A stretch of 64,000 nt of DNA from Haliotis rufescens (taxonomy: Eukaryota), in assembly GCF_023055435.1 (NCBI RefSeq), contig NW_025963846.1, positions 22,320,001 through 22,384,000 of the forward strand, written 5' to 3'. Below, in pieces: positions 63,642 through 64,000 of this stretch. The translations under genes and the position numbers were made by a program. The notes under the pieces are model-generated. The model was given only the letters and a program-made list of their open reading frames with translations, was not told the origin of the DNA and made no database searches. Every line of letters begins with the position of its first letter. Positions within the stretch are counted from its first letter, which is position 1.

Positions 63642-64000
63642 CTGGAAAGAAGTAAAAAAAACCAGTAGACTGCAGTTAACGGACATCAGCATACAAGGCA
63701 TAGCAGACAAACTGCCAATCAATTCAGGACCATAACGCTTGTGTGAATGCAAAGTTCAATTCTACTTTTTACTTTTACTTTAGCTTCCCAGATATATGTT
63801 ACAGCAGCCTCTATTCCTAACCCAGAGTGAGTGAGTGCGTATGGTTTTACGCCGCTTTTAGCAATATTCAAGCAATATCATGGCGGGGGACACCAGAAAT
63901 GGGCTTCAAACATTGTACCCATGTCTGAATCAAACCCGGGTCGTCGGCGTAACGATTGAATGCTTTAACCACTAGGCTACCCGACCGCCCTCCTAACCCA

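Overview
AT-rich animal genomic DNA from a draft assembly with two N gaps; the repeat content suggests a mollusc, probably abalone-like (inference). Three spliced genes can be rebuilt by hand on the minus strand, each with GT-AG junctions and consistent intron phases. (1) The 3' two-thirds of an RBM5/RBM10 homologue (63641->40965, 16 exons: RanBP2 finger, RRM, OCRE, C2H2, G-patch). (2) An unrecognised 846-aa zinc-finger gene nested on the SAME strand inside the 11-kb intron that splits the RBM5/10 OCRE domain (51924->46977). (3) A downstream ~1246-aa gene (30454->10338) that joins an RBM5-like N-terminus (Arg/Asp repeats, a RanBP2 finger with the same intron positions as RBM5/10, an RRM) to the same paired-C2H2 'HW..H/NxFxDPG' modules and C-terminal 'FLxWTD' helix as the nested gene. 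The nested exons are in frame with the upstream RBM5/10 OCRE exon, so gene 3 looks like a fixed version of a potential RBM5/10::zinc-finger chimeric isoform. This is the main candidate novel system. The rest is repeat-rich: five SINE-like families with a strong intronic strand bias, a decayed DIRS element with inverted termini, a Tc1 relic, several MITEs and tandem repeats.
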